Shown here piece after piece: positions 35,733 to 47,825 of a stretch of 64,000 bases of DNA. This DNA comes from Escherichia coli. GTDB taxonomy: Bacteria > Pseudomonadota > Gammaproteobacteria > Enterobacterales > Enterobacteriaceae. The stretch lies in assembly GCF_003334785.1 (NCBI RefSeq), contig NZ_QOWV01000012.1; one strand, written 5' to 3'. The translations under genes and the position numbers were made by a program. The first letter of the stretch is position 1. Every line of letters starts with the position of its first letter. A model generated the notes under the pieces. That model was not told where the DNA came from and did not search any database. It saw nothing but the letters and a program-made list of their open reading frames with translations.

Positions 35733-37400
35733 TTACTTCGCAATACGCTTGTACTTGATACGCTTCGGCTCCAGTGCGTCTGCGCCCAGCGTGCGTTTCT
35801 TGTACTCTTCGTACTCAGTAAAGTTACCTTCGAAGAACTCAACTTTACCTTCATCCTGGTAGTCCAGGATGTGCGTGGCGATACGGTCGAGGAACCAACG
35901 GTCGTGCGAGATAACCATCGCACAGCCCGGGAACTCCAGCAGGGCGTTTTCCAGCGCGCGCAGGGTTTCGATATCCAGGTCGTTGGTTGGTTCGTCGAGC
36001 AGCAGCATGTTGCCGCCAACCTGCAGCAGCTTCGCCAGATGCAGACGACCGCGCTCACCACCGGAAAGTTCACCAACGCGTTTACCCTGATCAACCCCTT
36101 TAAAGTTAAAGCGGCCAACGTAGGCGCGGCTTGGCATCTCGGTGTTGCCGATCTTCATAATATCCAGCCCGCCGGAAACTTCTTCCCAAACGGTTTTGCT
36201 GTTATCCATTGAGTCACGGAACTGATCAACCGATGCCAGTTTCACCGTTTCACCTAAAGTGATGGTGCCGCTGTCCGGCTGTTCCTGACCAGAGATCATA
36301 CGGAACAGGGTCGATTTACCCGCGCCGTTCGGACCGATGATCCCGACGATTGCCCCTTTTGGGATCGAGAAGCTCAGGTCATCAATCAGCAGGCGATCAC
36401 CGTAGGATTTACGCAGGTTGCTGACTTCCAGCACTTTATCGCCCAGACGCGGTCCAGGTGGAATAAACAGTTCGTTGGTTTCGTTACGTTTCTGATATTC
36501 GGTGCTGTTCAGCTCTTCAAAGCGTGCCAGACGTGCTTTACCTTTCGACTGGCGGCCTTTAGTTCCCTGACGTACCCACTCCAGCTCTTTCTCGATCGAC
36601 TTACGACGCGCCGCTTCTTGTGAAGCTTCCTGCGCCAGGCGCTGATCTTTCTGCTCCAGCCAGGAGGAGTAGTTGCCTTCCCACGGAATACCTTCACCGC
36701 GGTCAAGTTCGAGGATCCAGCCTGCAACGTTATCGAGGAAGTAACGGTCGTGGGTAATCGCCACCACGGTGCCCTCGAAGTCGTGCAGGAAGCGTTCCAG
36801 CCAGGCCACGGATTCGGCATCCAGGTGGTTGGTCGGTTCGTCGAGCAGCAGCATGTCTGGTTTTTCCAGCAGCAGGCGGCACAACGCTACGCGACGACGC
36901 TCACCACCGGAGAGGTTAGCGATTTTCGCGTCCCAGTCCGGCAGACGTAGCGCATCCGCCGCACGCTCCAGCTGTACGTTCAGGTTATGACCGTCGTGAG
37001 CCTGAATGATCTCTTCCAGACGGCCTTGTTCAGCGGCCAGCTTGTCAAAATCGGCATCCGGATCGGCGTACAGCGCATACACTTCATCCAGGCGTTTCAG
37101 GGCGTTAACCACTTCAGAAACCGCTTCTTCAATGGACTCACGCACGGTGTGTTCCGGGTTCAGCTGCGGTTCCTGCGGCAGGTAACCAATCTTGATGTCT
37201 GGCTGCGGACGCGCTTCACCTTCGATGTCTTTATCAATGCCCGCCATAATGCGCAGCAGGGTAGACTTACCCGCGCCGTTCAGACCCAGGACACCAATTT
37301 TTGCCCCAGGGAAGAAACTCAGAGAGATGTTTTTCAAAATATGACGTTTCGGCGGAACAACTTTGCCGACACGATGCATGGTATAAACGAATTGAGCCAC
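35733..37400 (-). CDS. ettA: Energy-dependent translational throttle protein EttA (ABC-F ATPase)
   Basis: 555 aa with two ABC cassettes (two Walker A and two LSGGE signature motifs). Confidence 0.95.
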   Translation of the reverse strand: MAQFVYTMHRVGKVVPPKRHILKNISLSFFPGAKIGVLGLNGAGKSTLLRIMAGIDKDIEGEARPQPDIKIGYLPQEPQLNPEHTVRESIEEAVSEVVNALKRLDEVYALYADPDADFDKLAAEQGRLEEIIQAHDGHNLNVQLERAADALRLPDWDAKIANLSGGERRRVALCRLLLEKPDMLLLDEPTNHLDAESVAWLERFLHDFEGTVVAITHDRYFLDNVAGWILELDRGEGIPWEGNYSSWLEQKDQRLAQEASQEAARRKSIEKELEWVRQGTKGRQSKGKARLARFEELNSTEYQKRNETNELFIPPGPRLGDKVLEVSNLRKSYGDRLLIDDLSFSIPKGAIVGIIGPNGAGKSTLFRMISGQEQPDSGTITLGETVKLASVDQFRDSMDNSKTVWEEVSGGLDIMKIGNTEMPSRAYVGRFNFKGVDQGKRVGELSGGERGRLHLAKLLQVGGNMLLLDEPTNDLDIETLRALENALLEFPGCAMVISHDRWFLDRIATHILDYQDEGKVEFFEGNFTEYEEYKKRTLGADALEPKRIKYKRIAK

Positions 37401-37610
37401 GTTGGACTTCGCCTCTATGTTTATCGTGATGATGAGTTTTCAAAGGCGAAGTGTAGCCTTTTTCCCCGCCTAATCCCAGTTGGTCGATCACCTTCGCAGT
37501 AAAAGTAAAAAAGTGTCCGTAACGTGGCGTAAACGGCAATGACTGGTTAGCATAAATCTATTACGCGGCATGACGCTGCATTGATGTATTTACACTTAGA
37601 GGATGCGCTT

Positions 37611-39548
37611 GTGGAAAAAGCCAAACAAGTTACCTGGCGGCTGTTGGCTGCCGGTGTCTGTCTGCTGACGGTCAGCAGCGTGGCGCGAGCCGACTCACTG
37701 GATGAGCAGCGTAGCCGTTACGCGCAAATCAAGCAGGCCTGGGATAATCGACAAATGGATGTGGTCGAACAAATGATGCCTGGACTGAAGGATTATCCGC
37801 TTTATCCCTACCTGGAATACCGCCAGATCACCGATGATCTGATGAATCAACCGGCGGTGACGGTCACTAACTTTGTTCGCGCTAACCCCACGCTTCCTCC
37901 CGCTCGCACGCTGCAATCTCGTTTCGTCAATGAACTGGCGCGGCGTGAAGACTGGCGTGGCTTGTTAGCCTTTAGCCCGGAAAAGCCCGGAACTACCGAA
38001 GCGCAATGTAATTACTACTATGCGAAATGGAACACCGGGCAGAGTGAAGAAGCCTGGCAAGGGGCGAAAGAGCTGTGGCTAACCGGCAAGAGCCAGCCTA
38101 ACGCCTGTGACAAGTTATTTAGCGTCTGGCGTGCGTCAGGTAAACAAGATCCGCTGGCTTATTTAGAGCGTATCCGTCTGGCGATGAAAGCGGGTAACAC
38201 TGGCCTGGTAACAGTGCTGGCAGGGCAGATGCCTGCCGATTACCAGACTATCGCCTCGGCAATCATTTCACTGGCGAACAACCCTAATACGGTACTGACC
38301 TTCGCGCGTACAACCGGAGCGACCGATTTTACCCGTCAAATGGCGGCGGTGGCGTTTGCCAGTGTGGCGCGGCAGGATGCTGAAAATGCACGGCTGATGA
38401 TCCCGTCGCTTGCCCAGGCGCAGCAGCTTAATGAAGATCAGATTCAGGAGCTGCGCGATATCGTCGCCTGGCGTTTGATGGGCAACGATGTCACCGACGA
38501 GCAGGCGAAATGGCGCGATGACGCCATTATGCGCTCGCAATCCACGTCGTTGATTGAACGCCGTGTGCGAATGGCACTTGGCACCGGCGATCGTCGCGGC
38601 CTGAATACCTGGCTGGCGCGTCTGCCGATGGAAGCAAAAGAGAAAGATGAATGGCGTTACTGGCAGGCGGATTTATTGCTGGAACGCGGACGTGAAGCTG
38701 AAGCGAAAGAGATTTTGCATCAACTCATGCAACAGCGTGGTTTCTACCCGATGGTTGCAGCACAACGCATCGGAGAAGAGTATGAGCTGAAGATTGATAA
38801 AGCGCCGCAGAATGTTGACAGCGCCCTGACTCAGGGGCCGGAGATGGCGCGCGTGCGCGAGTTGATGTACTGGAATCTCGATAACACCGCGCGTAGCGAG
38901 TGGGCCAATCTGGTGAAGAGCAAGTCAAAAACAGAGCAGGCTCAACTGGCTCGGTATGCTTTCAATAACCAATGGTGGGATCTTAGCGTTCAGGCAACGA
39001 TCGCCGGGAAGCTTTGGGATCATCTGGAAGAGCGATTCCCGCTGGCTTACAACGATCTTTTCAAACGTTACACCAGTGGGAAAGAGATCCCGCAAAGCTA
39101 TGCGATGGCGATTGCCCGTCAGGAGAGCGCCTGGAATCCGAAAGTGAAATCACCGGTAGGGGCCAGCGGCCTGATGCAGATTATGCCTGGTACAGCGACC
39201 CATACGGTGAAGATGTTCTCTATTCCTGGTTATAGCAGCCCTGGGCAATTGCTGGATCCGGAAACGAATATCAACATTGGCACCAGTTACCTGCAATATG
39301 TTTATCAGCAGTTTGGCAATAACCGTATTTTCTCCTCAGCAGCTTATAACGCCGGACCTGGACGGGTGCGAACCTGGCTTGGCAACAGCGCCGGGCGTAT
39401 CGACGCTGTGGCATTTGTCGAGAGTATTCCGTTCTCCGAGACGCGCGGTTATGTGAAGAACGTGCTGGCTTATGACGCTTACTACCGCTATTTCATGGGG
39501 GATAAACCGACGTTGATGAGCGCCACGGAATGGGGACGTCGTTACTGA
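37611..39548 (+). CDS. slt: Soluble lytic murein transglycosylase Slt70
   Basis: GTG start at VEKAKQVTW, signal peptide ending ARA, C-terminal lysozyme-like domain (ESAWNP, GLMQIMP). Confidence 0.9.
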   Translation: MEKAKQVTWRLLAAGVCLLTVSSVARADSLDEQRSRYAQIKQAWDNRQMDVVEQMMPGLKDYPLYPYLEYRQITDDLMNQPAVTVTNFVRANPTLPPARTLQSRFVNELARREDWRGLLAFSPEKPGTTEAQCNYYYAKWNTGQSEEAWQGAKELWLTGKSQPNACDKLFSVWRASGKQDPLAYLERIRLAMKAGNTGLVTVLAGQMPADYQTIASAIISLANNPNTVLTFARTTGATDFTRQMAAVAFASVARQDAENARLMIPSLAQAQQLNEDQIQELRDIVAWRLMGNDVTDEQAKWRDDAIMRSQSTSLIERRVRMALGTGDRRGLNTWLARLPMEAKEKDEWRYWQADLLLERGREAEAKEILHQLMQQRGFYPMVAAQRIGEEYELKIDKAPQNVDSALTQGPEMARVRELMYWNLDNTARSEWANLVKSKSKTEQAQLARYAFNNQWWDLSVQATIAGKLWDHLEERFPLAYNDLFKRYTSGKEIPQSYAMAIARQESAWNPKVKSPVGASGLMQIMPGTATHTVKMFSIPGYSSPGQLLDPETNINIGTSYLQYVYQQFGNNRIFSSAAYNAGPGRVRTWLGNSAGRIDAVAFVESIPFSETRGYVKNVLAYDAYYRYFMGDKPTLMSATEWGRRY

Positions 39549-39572
39549 TCCGCACGTTTATGATATGCTATC

Positions 39573-39590
39573 GTACTCTTTAGCGAGTAC
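39573..39590. promoter_or_regulatory. TrpR operator in the trpR promoter (autoregulation)
   Basis: Palindrome gtactctttagcgagtac matching the Trp repressor operator half-site GTACT. Confidence 0.7.
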
Positions 39591-39622
39591 AACCGGGGGA
39601 GGCATTTTGCTTCCCCCGCTAA

Positions 39623-39964
<342 letters not shown>

Positions 39965-39965
39965 T

Positions 39966-40115
39966 TTTGTAGGCCTGATAAGACGCGGCAGCGTCGCATC
40001 AGGCATCGTGCACCGAATGCCGGATGCGGCGTGAACGCCTTATCCGTCCTACAAATACCCGTAATTTCAATATGTTTGGTAGGCATGATAAGACGCGGCA
40101 GCGTCGCATCAGGCG
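39966..40115. repeat. REP/BIME element between trpR and yjjX
   Basis: Two copies of gtaggc(c/a)tgataagacgcggcagcgtcgcatcaggc. Confidence 0.6.
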
Positions 40116-40116
40116 C

Positions 40117-40641
<525 letters not shown>

Positions 40642-40680
40642 TCAGAAAATTAACGTTACAGCAGTATACGGAAAAAAAGC

Positions 40681-41328
40681 ATGTTACAGGTATACCTAGT
40701 CCGCCACGGTGAAACGCAGTGGAACGCCGAGCGACGTATTCAGGGCCAGTCTGACAGCCCGCTGACCGCCAAAGGTGAGCAACAGGCGATGCAGGTGGCG
40801 ACGCGTGCCAAAGAGCTTGGCATTACGCATATCATCAGCAGCGATTTAGGGCGCACCCGGCGTACGGCGGAAATCATCGCCCAGGCCTGCGGCTGTGACA
40901 TCATCTTTGATTCTCGCCTGCGTGAATTAAACATGGGTGTGCTGGAAAAAAGACATATCGATTCTCTGACCGAAGAAGAAGAGAACTGGCGTCGGCAGCT
41001 GGTCAATGGCACCGTTGACGGGCGTATTCCTGAAGGCGAGTCAATGCAGGAGCTCAGCGATCGCGTCAATGCGGCACTGGAATCTTGCCGGGACTTACCG
41101 CAGGGAAGCCGACCGCTGCTGGTGAGTCATGGTATTGCACTGGGATGCCTGGTGAGTACGATTCTCGGATTACCAGCATGGGCAGAGCGCCGCTTACGTC
41201 TGCGTAACTGTTCTATTTCGCGCGTGGATTATCAGGAAAGCCTGTGGCTGGCGTCTGGCTGGGTCGTTGAAACCGCAGGGGACATCTCGCATCTGGACGC
41301 CCCTGCATTAGATGAGCTGCAGCGTTAA
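40681..41328 (+). CDS. gpmB: Probable phosphoglycerate mutase GpmB (histidine phosphatase family)
   Basis: RHGETQWN catalytic-His motif at N-terminus, 215 aa. Confidence 0.9.
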   Translation: MLQVYLVRHGETQWNAERRIQGQSDSPLTAKGEQQAMQVATRAKELGITHIISSDLGRTRRTAEIIAQACGCDIIFDSRLRELNMGVLEKRHIDSLTEEEENWRRQLVNGTVDGRIPEGESMQELSDRVNAALESCRDLPQGSRPLLVSHGIALGCLVSTILGLPAWAERRLRLRNCSISRVDYQESLWLASGWVVETAGDISHLDAPALDELQR

Positions 41329-42194
41329 CGGCGGATAGGAATCAGCAGTTCACAGCGCAGATTAATTGGGCGATCTCCCGCTTTGGCGTCTTCTGCCGGG
41401 TAGTATCGCTCAATATCCTGACCTTTACGGCGCGTCAGGTTGAGCATTGGCATGCACGTTCCGTATACCGTCAGGATAAACTCCTGCACGCCGGTTCCCA
41501 GACCTTCATAGGTAAACATCACATATTCGCCGCCCTGCAGCATCACCGGATGCCCCGTCAGTACATAGCCATCTGCCTGATCCTGGGCTAACGCGGTGGT
41601 ATAGAATACCTCTTGTTCGTCGTCTTTATCCTGACTCGGACGCGTTTCATTCAGGCCGTAGAGCACTGGCGGAATGGTCGGCGCGTTGCCGAGAAAATCG
41701 TGCCAGAACTGATAACGCATTTCATGGCGGAAATCAGAGATTTGCTCCAGCGAACAGGAGTAGCTCTGGGTAACACCAATCAGCGGCGTATCTTCCAGGG
41801 TGACAAATTTATGCTCTGGCATAGTGAATTCACCCAGACGCAGCGGCGGGCGAATACCAAAGGCGCTCCATTCAGGAGAACGGCGGTAAAGTGCAGGAGT
41901 CTGGGCAAACTGCTTCTTGAATGCGCGGGTAAATGTCTGTTGAGAGTCGAAGCGGTATTGCAGCGCGATGTCCAGAATCGGACGCGCAGTCAGGCGTAGT
42001 GCGACCGCCGATTTCGACAAACGACGAGCACGAATATACGCGCCAATAGCATGGCCAGTGACATCTTTAAACATTCTCTGTAAGTGCCACTTGGAATAAC
42101 CTGCTTTCGCCGCTACATTGTCGAGCGACAGGGGCTGATCCAGATGACCTTCCAGCCAGATTAAAAGGTCGCGAATAATGCCGGCCTGATCCAT
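41325..42194 (-). CDS. rob: AraC/XylS-family transcriptional regulator Rob (right origin-binding protein)
   Basis: 289 aa starting MDQAGIIRDLLIWLEGHLDQPLSLDNVAAKAGYSKWHLQRMFK. Confidence 0.95.
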   Translation of the reverse strand: MDQAGIIRDLLIWLEGHLDQPLSLDNVAAKAGYSKWHLQRMFKDVTGHAIGAYIRARRLSKSAVALRLTARPILDIALQYRFDSQQTFTRAFKKQFAQTPALYRRSPEWSAFGIRPPLRLGEFTMPEHKFVTLEDTPLIGVTQSYSCSLEQISDFRHEMRYQFWHDFLGNAPTIPPVLYGLNETRPSQDKDDEQEVFYTTALAQDQADGYVLTGHPVMLQGGEYVMFTYEGLGTGVQEFILTVYGTCMPMLNLTRRKGQDIERYYPAEDAKAGDRPINLRCELLIPIRR

Positions 42195-42404
42195 AAAATA
42201 TCCTCATCCTTTCAACAACGAGCACCTGACATCAGGTAATTGGATAATAGCATTTTTTGCTGTTTTAGCATTCAGTGTTTTTTTCTTAGTAGAGTATGTT
42301 TTAGGTCTTGACGGAAATAAAAGTATTGAGATTTTGTTCTTAATCAATATGTTATTTACCGTGACGAACTAATTGCTCGTGTAATAGATAAAAATGGTAA
42401 CAAT

Positions 42405-42878
42405 ATGAAATACAAGCATTTGATCCTGTCTTTAAGCCTGATAATGCTGGGGCCATTGGCTCATGCAGAAGAGATTGGTTCGGTCGACACCGTATTTAAA
42501 ATGATCGGCCCGGATCACAAAATTGTTGTGGAAGCCTTTGACGATCCCGATGTGAAAAATGTCACCTGTTATGTGAGCCGGGCGAAAACAGGTGGTATTA
42601 AAGGGGGATTGGGTCTGGCGGAAGATACCTCCGATGCGGCTATTTCTTGTCAGCAAGTCGGGCCGATTGAACTGTCGGATCGTATTAAAAACGGCAAAGC
42701 TCAGGGCGAGGTAGTATTCAAAAAACGCACGTCCCTGGTCTTTAAGTCGTTACAGGTCGTGCGCTTTTATGACGCCAAACGCAACGCGCTCGCTTATCTG
42801 GCTTACTCCGACAAAGTTGTAGAAGGTTCGCCGAAAAACGCGATTAGCGCGGTTCCTGTCATGCCGTGGCGGCAATAA
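42405..42878 (+). CDS. creA: Periplasmic protein CreA
   Basis: 157 aa with signal peptide, immediately upstream of creBC. Confidence 0.85.
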
Positions 42879-42890
42879 CAGAGGCGATTT

Positions 42891-43580
42891 ATGCAACGGG
42901 AAACGGTCTGGTTAGTGGAAGATGAGCAAGGGATAGCCGACACGCTGGTCTACATGTTGCAGCAGGAAGGTTTTGCCGTCGAGGTCTTTGAGCGAGGCTT
43001 GCCGGTGCTGGATAAAGCTCGCCAGCAGGTTCCCGACGTCATGATTCTCGATGTTGGTTTGCCTGATATCAGCGGCTTTGAATTGTGCCGCCAGTTACTG
43101 GCGCTCCATCCGGCGTTACCTGTACTGTTCCTGACGGCCCGAAGTGAAGAGGTCGATCGCCTGCTTGGGCTGGAAATTGGCGCTGACGACTATGTGGCTA
43201 AACCGTTTTCACCCCGCGAAGTGTGCGCCAGGGTGCGCACCTTACTGCGTCGGGTGAAGAAGTTCTCGTCGCCGTCTCCCGTCATCCGTATTGGTCATTT
43301 TGAATTGAATGAACCCGCGGCGCAGATCAGCTGGTTTGACACGCCATTAACGCTGACGCGGTATGAGTTTTTATTGCTGAAGACGTTACTCAAGTCGCCA
43401 GGCCGCGTCTGGTCCCGCCAGCAACTAATGGATAGCGTGTGGGAAGATGCGCAGGACACCTACGATCGCACCGTCGATACCCACATTAAAACGTTGCGTG
43501 CCAAGCTGCGCGCCATCAACCCCGATCTTTCTCCGATTAATACTCATCGCGGCATGGGATATAGCCTGAGGGGCCTGTAA
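42891..43580 (+). CDS. creB: Two-component response regulator CreB (OmpR family)
   Basis: Receiver domain plus winged-helix output domain, 229 aa. Confidence 0.95.
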   Translation: MQRETVWLVEDEQGIADTLVYMLQQEGFAVEVFERGLPVLDKARQQVPDVMILDVGLPDISGFELCRQLLALHPALPVLFLTARSEEVDRLLGLEIGADDYVAKPFSPREVCARVRTLLRRVKKFSSPSPVIRIGHFELNEPAAQISWFDTPLTLTRYEFLLLKTLLKSPGRVWSRQQLMDSVWEDAQDTYDRTVDTHIKTLRAKLRAINPDLSPINTHRGMGYSLRGL

Positions 43581-45004
43581 TGCGTATCGGCATGCGGTTG
43601 CTGCTGGGCTATTTTTTACTGGTGGCGGTGGCGGCCTGGTTCGTACTGGCTATTTTTGTCAAAGAAGTTAAACCGGGCGTGCGAAGAGCAACGGAGGGGA
43701 CGTTAATCGATACCGCAACGTTGCTGGCGGAGCTGGCGCGTCCCGATTTGCTCTCTGGGGACCCAACGCATGGGCAACTGGCGCAGGCGTTTAATCAGCT
43801 ACAACATCGCCCGTTTCGCGCCAATATCGGTGGCATTAACAAAGTGCGCAATGAATATCATGTCTATATAACCGATTCGCAGGGTAAAGTATTGTTCGAT
43901 TCGGCAAATAAAGCCGTTGGGCAGGATTATTCGCGCTGGAATGACGTCTGGCTAACGTTGCGTGGTCAGTATGGTGCGCGCAGCACGTTGCAAAATCCTG
44001 CCGATCCCGAAAGTTCGGTGATGTATGTTGCCGCGCCGATTATGGACGGCTCGCGGCTTATTGGCGTTTTGAGCGTAGGCAAACCGAACGCGGCGATGGC
44101 TCCGGTCATTAAGCGTAGCGAGCGGCGAATTTTATGGGCCAGCGCCATTTTGCTGGGGATTGCACTGGTGATTGGCGCAGGCATGGTTTGGTGGATCAAC
44201 CGCTCCATTGCCCGGCTCACTCGCTATGCCGATTCCGTCACTGACAATAAGCCCGTTCCTCTTCCTGAACTCGGCAGTAGCGAGTTGCGTAAGCTTGCGC
44301 AGGCGCTGGAAAGTATGCGCGTGAAGCTGGAAGGGAAAAACTATATTGAGCAGTATGTTTATGCGTTAACCCATGAGCTAAAAAGCCCACTGGCGGCGAT
44401 TCGTGGCGCGGCGGAAATTTTACGCGAAGGTCCGCCACCGGAAGTGGTGGCTCGTTTTACCGACAACATTCTGACGCAAAATGCGCGTATGCAGGCATTG
44501 GTAGAAACGTTACTACGCCAGGCAAGACTGGAGAATCGTCAGGAAGTCGTTCTGACTGTTGTTGATGTGGCGGCATTATTTCGCCGCGTCAGCGAAGCGC
44601 GCACCGTGCAGTTGGCAGAAAAAAACATCACTCTACATGTTATGCCCACTGAGGTTAATGTTGCTGCTGAACCGGCGTTACTGGAGCAGGCGCTGGGGAA
44701 TTTACTGGATAACGCCATCGATTTTACCCCCGAGAGCGGTCGCATAACGCTAAGCGCCGAAGTGGATCAGGAACACGTCGCCCTTAAGGTGCTGGATACC
44801 GGTAGTGGTATTCCTGACTACGCGCTGTCACGTATTTTTGAACGCTTTTACTCTTTGCCGCGTGCAAATGGGCAAAAAAGCAGCGGTCTGGGGTTGGCGT
44901 TCGTCAGTGAGGTCGCCCGTTTGTTTAACGGCGAAGTCACGCTGCGCAACGTGCAGGAAGGTGGCGTGCTGGCCTCGCTTCGACTTCACCGTCACTTCAC
45001 ATAG
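43580..45004 (+). CDS. creC: Sensor histidine kinase CreC
   Basis: 474 aa, H-box ALTHELKSPLAAIRG, overlapping start with creB stop. Confidence 0.95.
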   Translation: MRIGMRLLLGYFLLVAVAAWFVLAIFVKEVKPGVRRATEGTLIDTATLLAELARPDLLSGDPTHGQLAQAFNQLQHRPFRANIGGINKVRNEYHVYITDSQGKVLFDSANKAVGQDYSRWNDVWLTLRGQYGARSTLQNPADPESSVMYVAAPIMDGSRLIGVLSVGKPNAAMAPVIKRSERRILWASAILLGIALVIGAGMVWWINRSIARLTRYADSVTDNKPVPLPELGSSELRKLAQALESMRVKLEGKNYIEQYVYALTHELKSPLAAIRGAAEILREGPPPEVVARFTDNILTQNARMQALVETLLRQARLENRQEVVLTVVDVAALFRRVSEARTVQLAEKNITLHVMPTEVNVAAEPALLEQALGNLLDNAIDFTPESGRITLSAEVDQEHVALKVLDTGSGIPDYALSRIFERFYSLPRANGQKSSGLGLAFVSEVARLFNGEVTLRNVQEGGVLASLRLHRHFT

Positions 45005-45061
45005 CTTCAAATTCTTCCCACATAGCCTTCGTATCCTGCTGCCATTGCAAAGGAGAAGACT

Positions 45062-46414
45062 ATGTTGAAATCCCCCCTGTTCTGGAAAATGACCACCCTG
45101 TTTGGTGCCGTATTGCTGTTGTTGATTCCGATAATGCTGATTCGGCAGGTGATTGTCGAACGTGCCGATTACCGTAGCGATGTGGAAGATGCGATTCGCC
45201 AAAGTACCAGCGGGCCGCAAAAACTCGTTGGGCCGCTTATCGCTATTCCTGTGACCGAGCTTTATACGGTACAGGAAGAGGATAAAACCGTGGAGCGGAA
45301 ACGAAGTTTTATCCATTTTTGGTTACCTGAGTCATTGATGGTTGATGGCAATCAGAACGTGGAAGAACGCAAGATAGGGATTTATACCGGTCAGGTCTGG
45401 CACAGTGATTTAACGCTAAAAGCCGATTTCGATGTTTCGCGTCTTAGCGAACTCGACGCGCCAAATATCACCTTTGGCAAGCCATTTATTGTGATTAGCG
45501 TCGGGGATGCGCGTGGTATTGGTGTGGTGAAAGCGCCTGAAGTTAACGGAACGGCGCTGACCATTGAACCCGGCACCGGGTTAGAGCAAGGCGGGCAGGG
45601 CGTGCATATCCCTTTACCCGAAGGGGACTGGCGGAAGCAGAACCTGAAGCTGAATATGGCCCTGAATTTAAGCGGTACCGGCGATCTTTCTGTGGTGCCT
45701 GCCGGGCGTAATAGCGAAATGACCTTAACCAGCAACTGGCCGCATCCCAGTTTTTTAGGTGATTTTTTGCCAGCCAAACGGGAAGTTAGCGAGTCAGGTT
45801 TTCAGGCGCAATGGCAAAGCAGCTGGTTTGCTAATAATCTCGGTGAGCGTTTTGCTTCAGGCAATGATACCGGCTGGGAAAACTTCCCCGCGTTTAGCGT
45901 CGCAGTGACGACGCCAGCCGATCAATACCAATTAACGGACCGGGCGACTAAGTACGCCATTCTGCTGATTGCACTGACTTTTATGGCGTTCTTTGTTTTT
46001 GAAACGCTCACCGCGCAACGTTTACACCCAATGCAATATTTGCTGGTGGGGCTTTCATTGGTGATGTTTTATTTGCTCTTGCTGGCGCTTTCTGAACATA
46101 TCGGTTTTACCGTGGCATGGATAATCGCCAGTCTGATTGGGGCGTTAATGAACGGTATTTATTTGCAGGCGGTATTGAAAGGCTGGCGCAACAGCATGTT
46201 GTTTACCCTCGCGCTGTTGTTGCTGGATGGTGTGATGTGGGGACTGCTCAACTCTGCCGATAGCGCGCTGTTGTTGGGAACCAGTGTGCTGGTGGTGGCG
46301 CTGGCCGGCATGATGTTTGTGACTCGTAATATCGACTGGTATGCGTTTTCACTGCCGAAAATGAAAGCCAGTAAAGAAGTTACAATGGACGATCAATTAC
46401 GTATCTGGAAATAA
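45062..46414 (+). CDS. creD: Inner membrane protein CreD
   Basis: 450 aa, multi-TM, downstream of creBC. Confidence 0.9.
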   Translation: MLKSPLFWKMTTLFGAVLLLLIPIMLIRQVIVERADYRSDVEDAIRQSTSGPQKLVGPLIAIPVTELYTVQEEDKTVERKRSFIHFWLPESLMVDGNQNVEERKIGIYTGQVWHSDLTLKADFDVSRLSELDAPNITFGKPFIVISVGDARGIGVVKAPEVNGTALTIEPGTGLEQGGQGVHIPLPEGDWRKQNLKLNMALNLSGTGDLSVVPAGRNSEMTLTSNWPHPSFLGDFLPAKREVSESGFQAQWQSSWFANNLGERFASGNDTGWENFPAFSVAVTTPADQYQLTDRATKYAILLIALTFMAFFVFETLTAQRLHPMQYLLVGLSLVMFYLLLLALSEHIGFTVAWIIASLIGALMNGIYLQAVLKGWRNSMLFTLALLLLDGVMWGLLNSADSALLLGTSVLVVALAGMMFVTRNIDWYAFSLPKMKASKEVTMDDQLRIWK

Positions 46415-46431
46415 GGTTGAAAAATAAAAAC

Positions 46432-46456
46432 GGCGCTAAAAAGCGCCATTTTTTTT
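46432..46456. terminator. Bidirectional Rho-independent terminator between convergent creD and arcA
   Basis: ggcgctaaaaagcgcc hairpin flanked by A-run upstream and T-run downstream. Confidence 0.5.
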
Positions 46457-46473
46457 GACGGTGGTAACGCCGA

Positions 46474-47190
46474 TTAATCTTCCAGATCACCGCAGAAGCG
46501 ATAACCTTCACCGTGGATGGTGGCGATGATTTCCGGCGTATCCGGCGTAGATTCGAAATGTTTACGAATACGGCGGATCGTCACGTCTACAGTACGGTCG
46601 TGTGGTTTCAGCTCACGGCCGGTCATTTTCTTCAGCAGTTCAGCACGGGACTGAATTTTGCCTGGGTTTTCACAGAAGTGAAGCATGGCGCGGAACTCGC
46701 TGCGCGGCAGCTTGTACTGCTCGCCATCAGGGCCGATCAACGAACGGCTGTTGATGTCCAGTTCCCAACCATTGAACTTGTAGCTTTCAACGCTACGACG
46801 TTCTTCGCTGACAGTACCCAGATTCATGGTACGGGACAGCAGGTTGCGTGCACGAATCGTCAGTTCACGCGGGTTGAACGGTTTGGTGATGTAGTCATCT
46901 GCACCGATTTCGAGGCCGAGAATTTTATCGACTTCGTTGTCACGGCCAGTCAGGAACATCAACGCAACATTCGCCTGCTCGCGCAGTTCACGCGCTAACA
47001 GAAGACCGTTCTTACCCGGCAGATTGATATCCATGATCACCAGGTTGATGTCATATTCAGAGAGGATCTGATGCATTTCCGCGCCATCTGTCGCTTCGAA
47101 AACATCATAGCCTTCCGCTTCGAAAATACTTTTCAACGTGTTGCGTGTTACCAACTCGTCTTCAACGATAAGAATGTGCGGGGTCTGCAT
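46474..47190 (-). CDS. arcA: Aerobic respiration control response regulator ArcA
   Basis: 238 aa starting [30 protein letters not shown]. Confidence 0.95.
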
Positions 47191-47285
47191 GTTTGCTACC
47201 TAAATTGCCAACTAAATCGAAACAGGAAGTACAAAAGTCCCTGACCTGCCTGATGCATGCTGCAAATTAACATGATCGGCGTAAC

Positions 47286-47426
47286 ATGACTAAAGTACGT
47301 AATTGCGTTCTTGATGCACTTTCCATCAACGTCAACAACATCATTAGCTTGGTCGTGGGTACTTTCCCTCAGGACCCGACAGTGTCAAAAACGGCTGTCA
47401 TCCTAACCATTTTAACAGCAACATAA
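47286..47426 (+). CDS. yjjY: Small ORF YjjY (46 aa) in the arcA upstream region
   Basis: ATG..TAA ORF translating MTKVRNCVLDALSINVNNIISLVVGTFPQDPTVSKTAVILTILTAT; below the ORF-track threshold, found by manual translation. Confidence 0.55.
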   Translation: MTKVRNCVLDALSINVNNIISLVVGTFPQDPTVSKTAVILTILTAT

Positions 47427-47825
47427 CAGGCTAAGAGGGGCCGGACACCCAATAAAACTACGCTTCGTTGACATATATCAAGTTCAATTGTAGCACGTTA
47501 ACAGTTTGATGAAATCATCGTATCTAAATGCTAGCTTTCGTCACATTATTTTAATAATCCAACTAGTTGCATCATACAACTAATAAACGTGGTGAATCCA
47601 ATTGTCGAGATTTATTTTTTATAAAATTATCCTAAGTAAACAGAAGGATATGTAGCATTTTTTAACAATTCAACCGTTAGTACAGTCAGGAAATAGTTTA
47701 GCCTTTTTTAAGCTAAGTAAAGGGCTTTTTCTGCGACTTACGTTAAGGATTTGTAAATTCGCACCGCGTAATAAGTTGACAGTGATCACCCTGTTCGCGG
47801 TCATTTGGTCAAGAAGAGTGGCAAT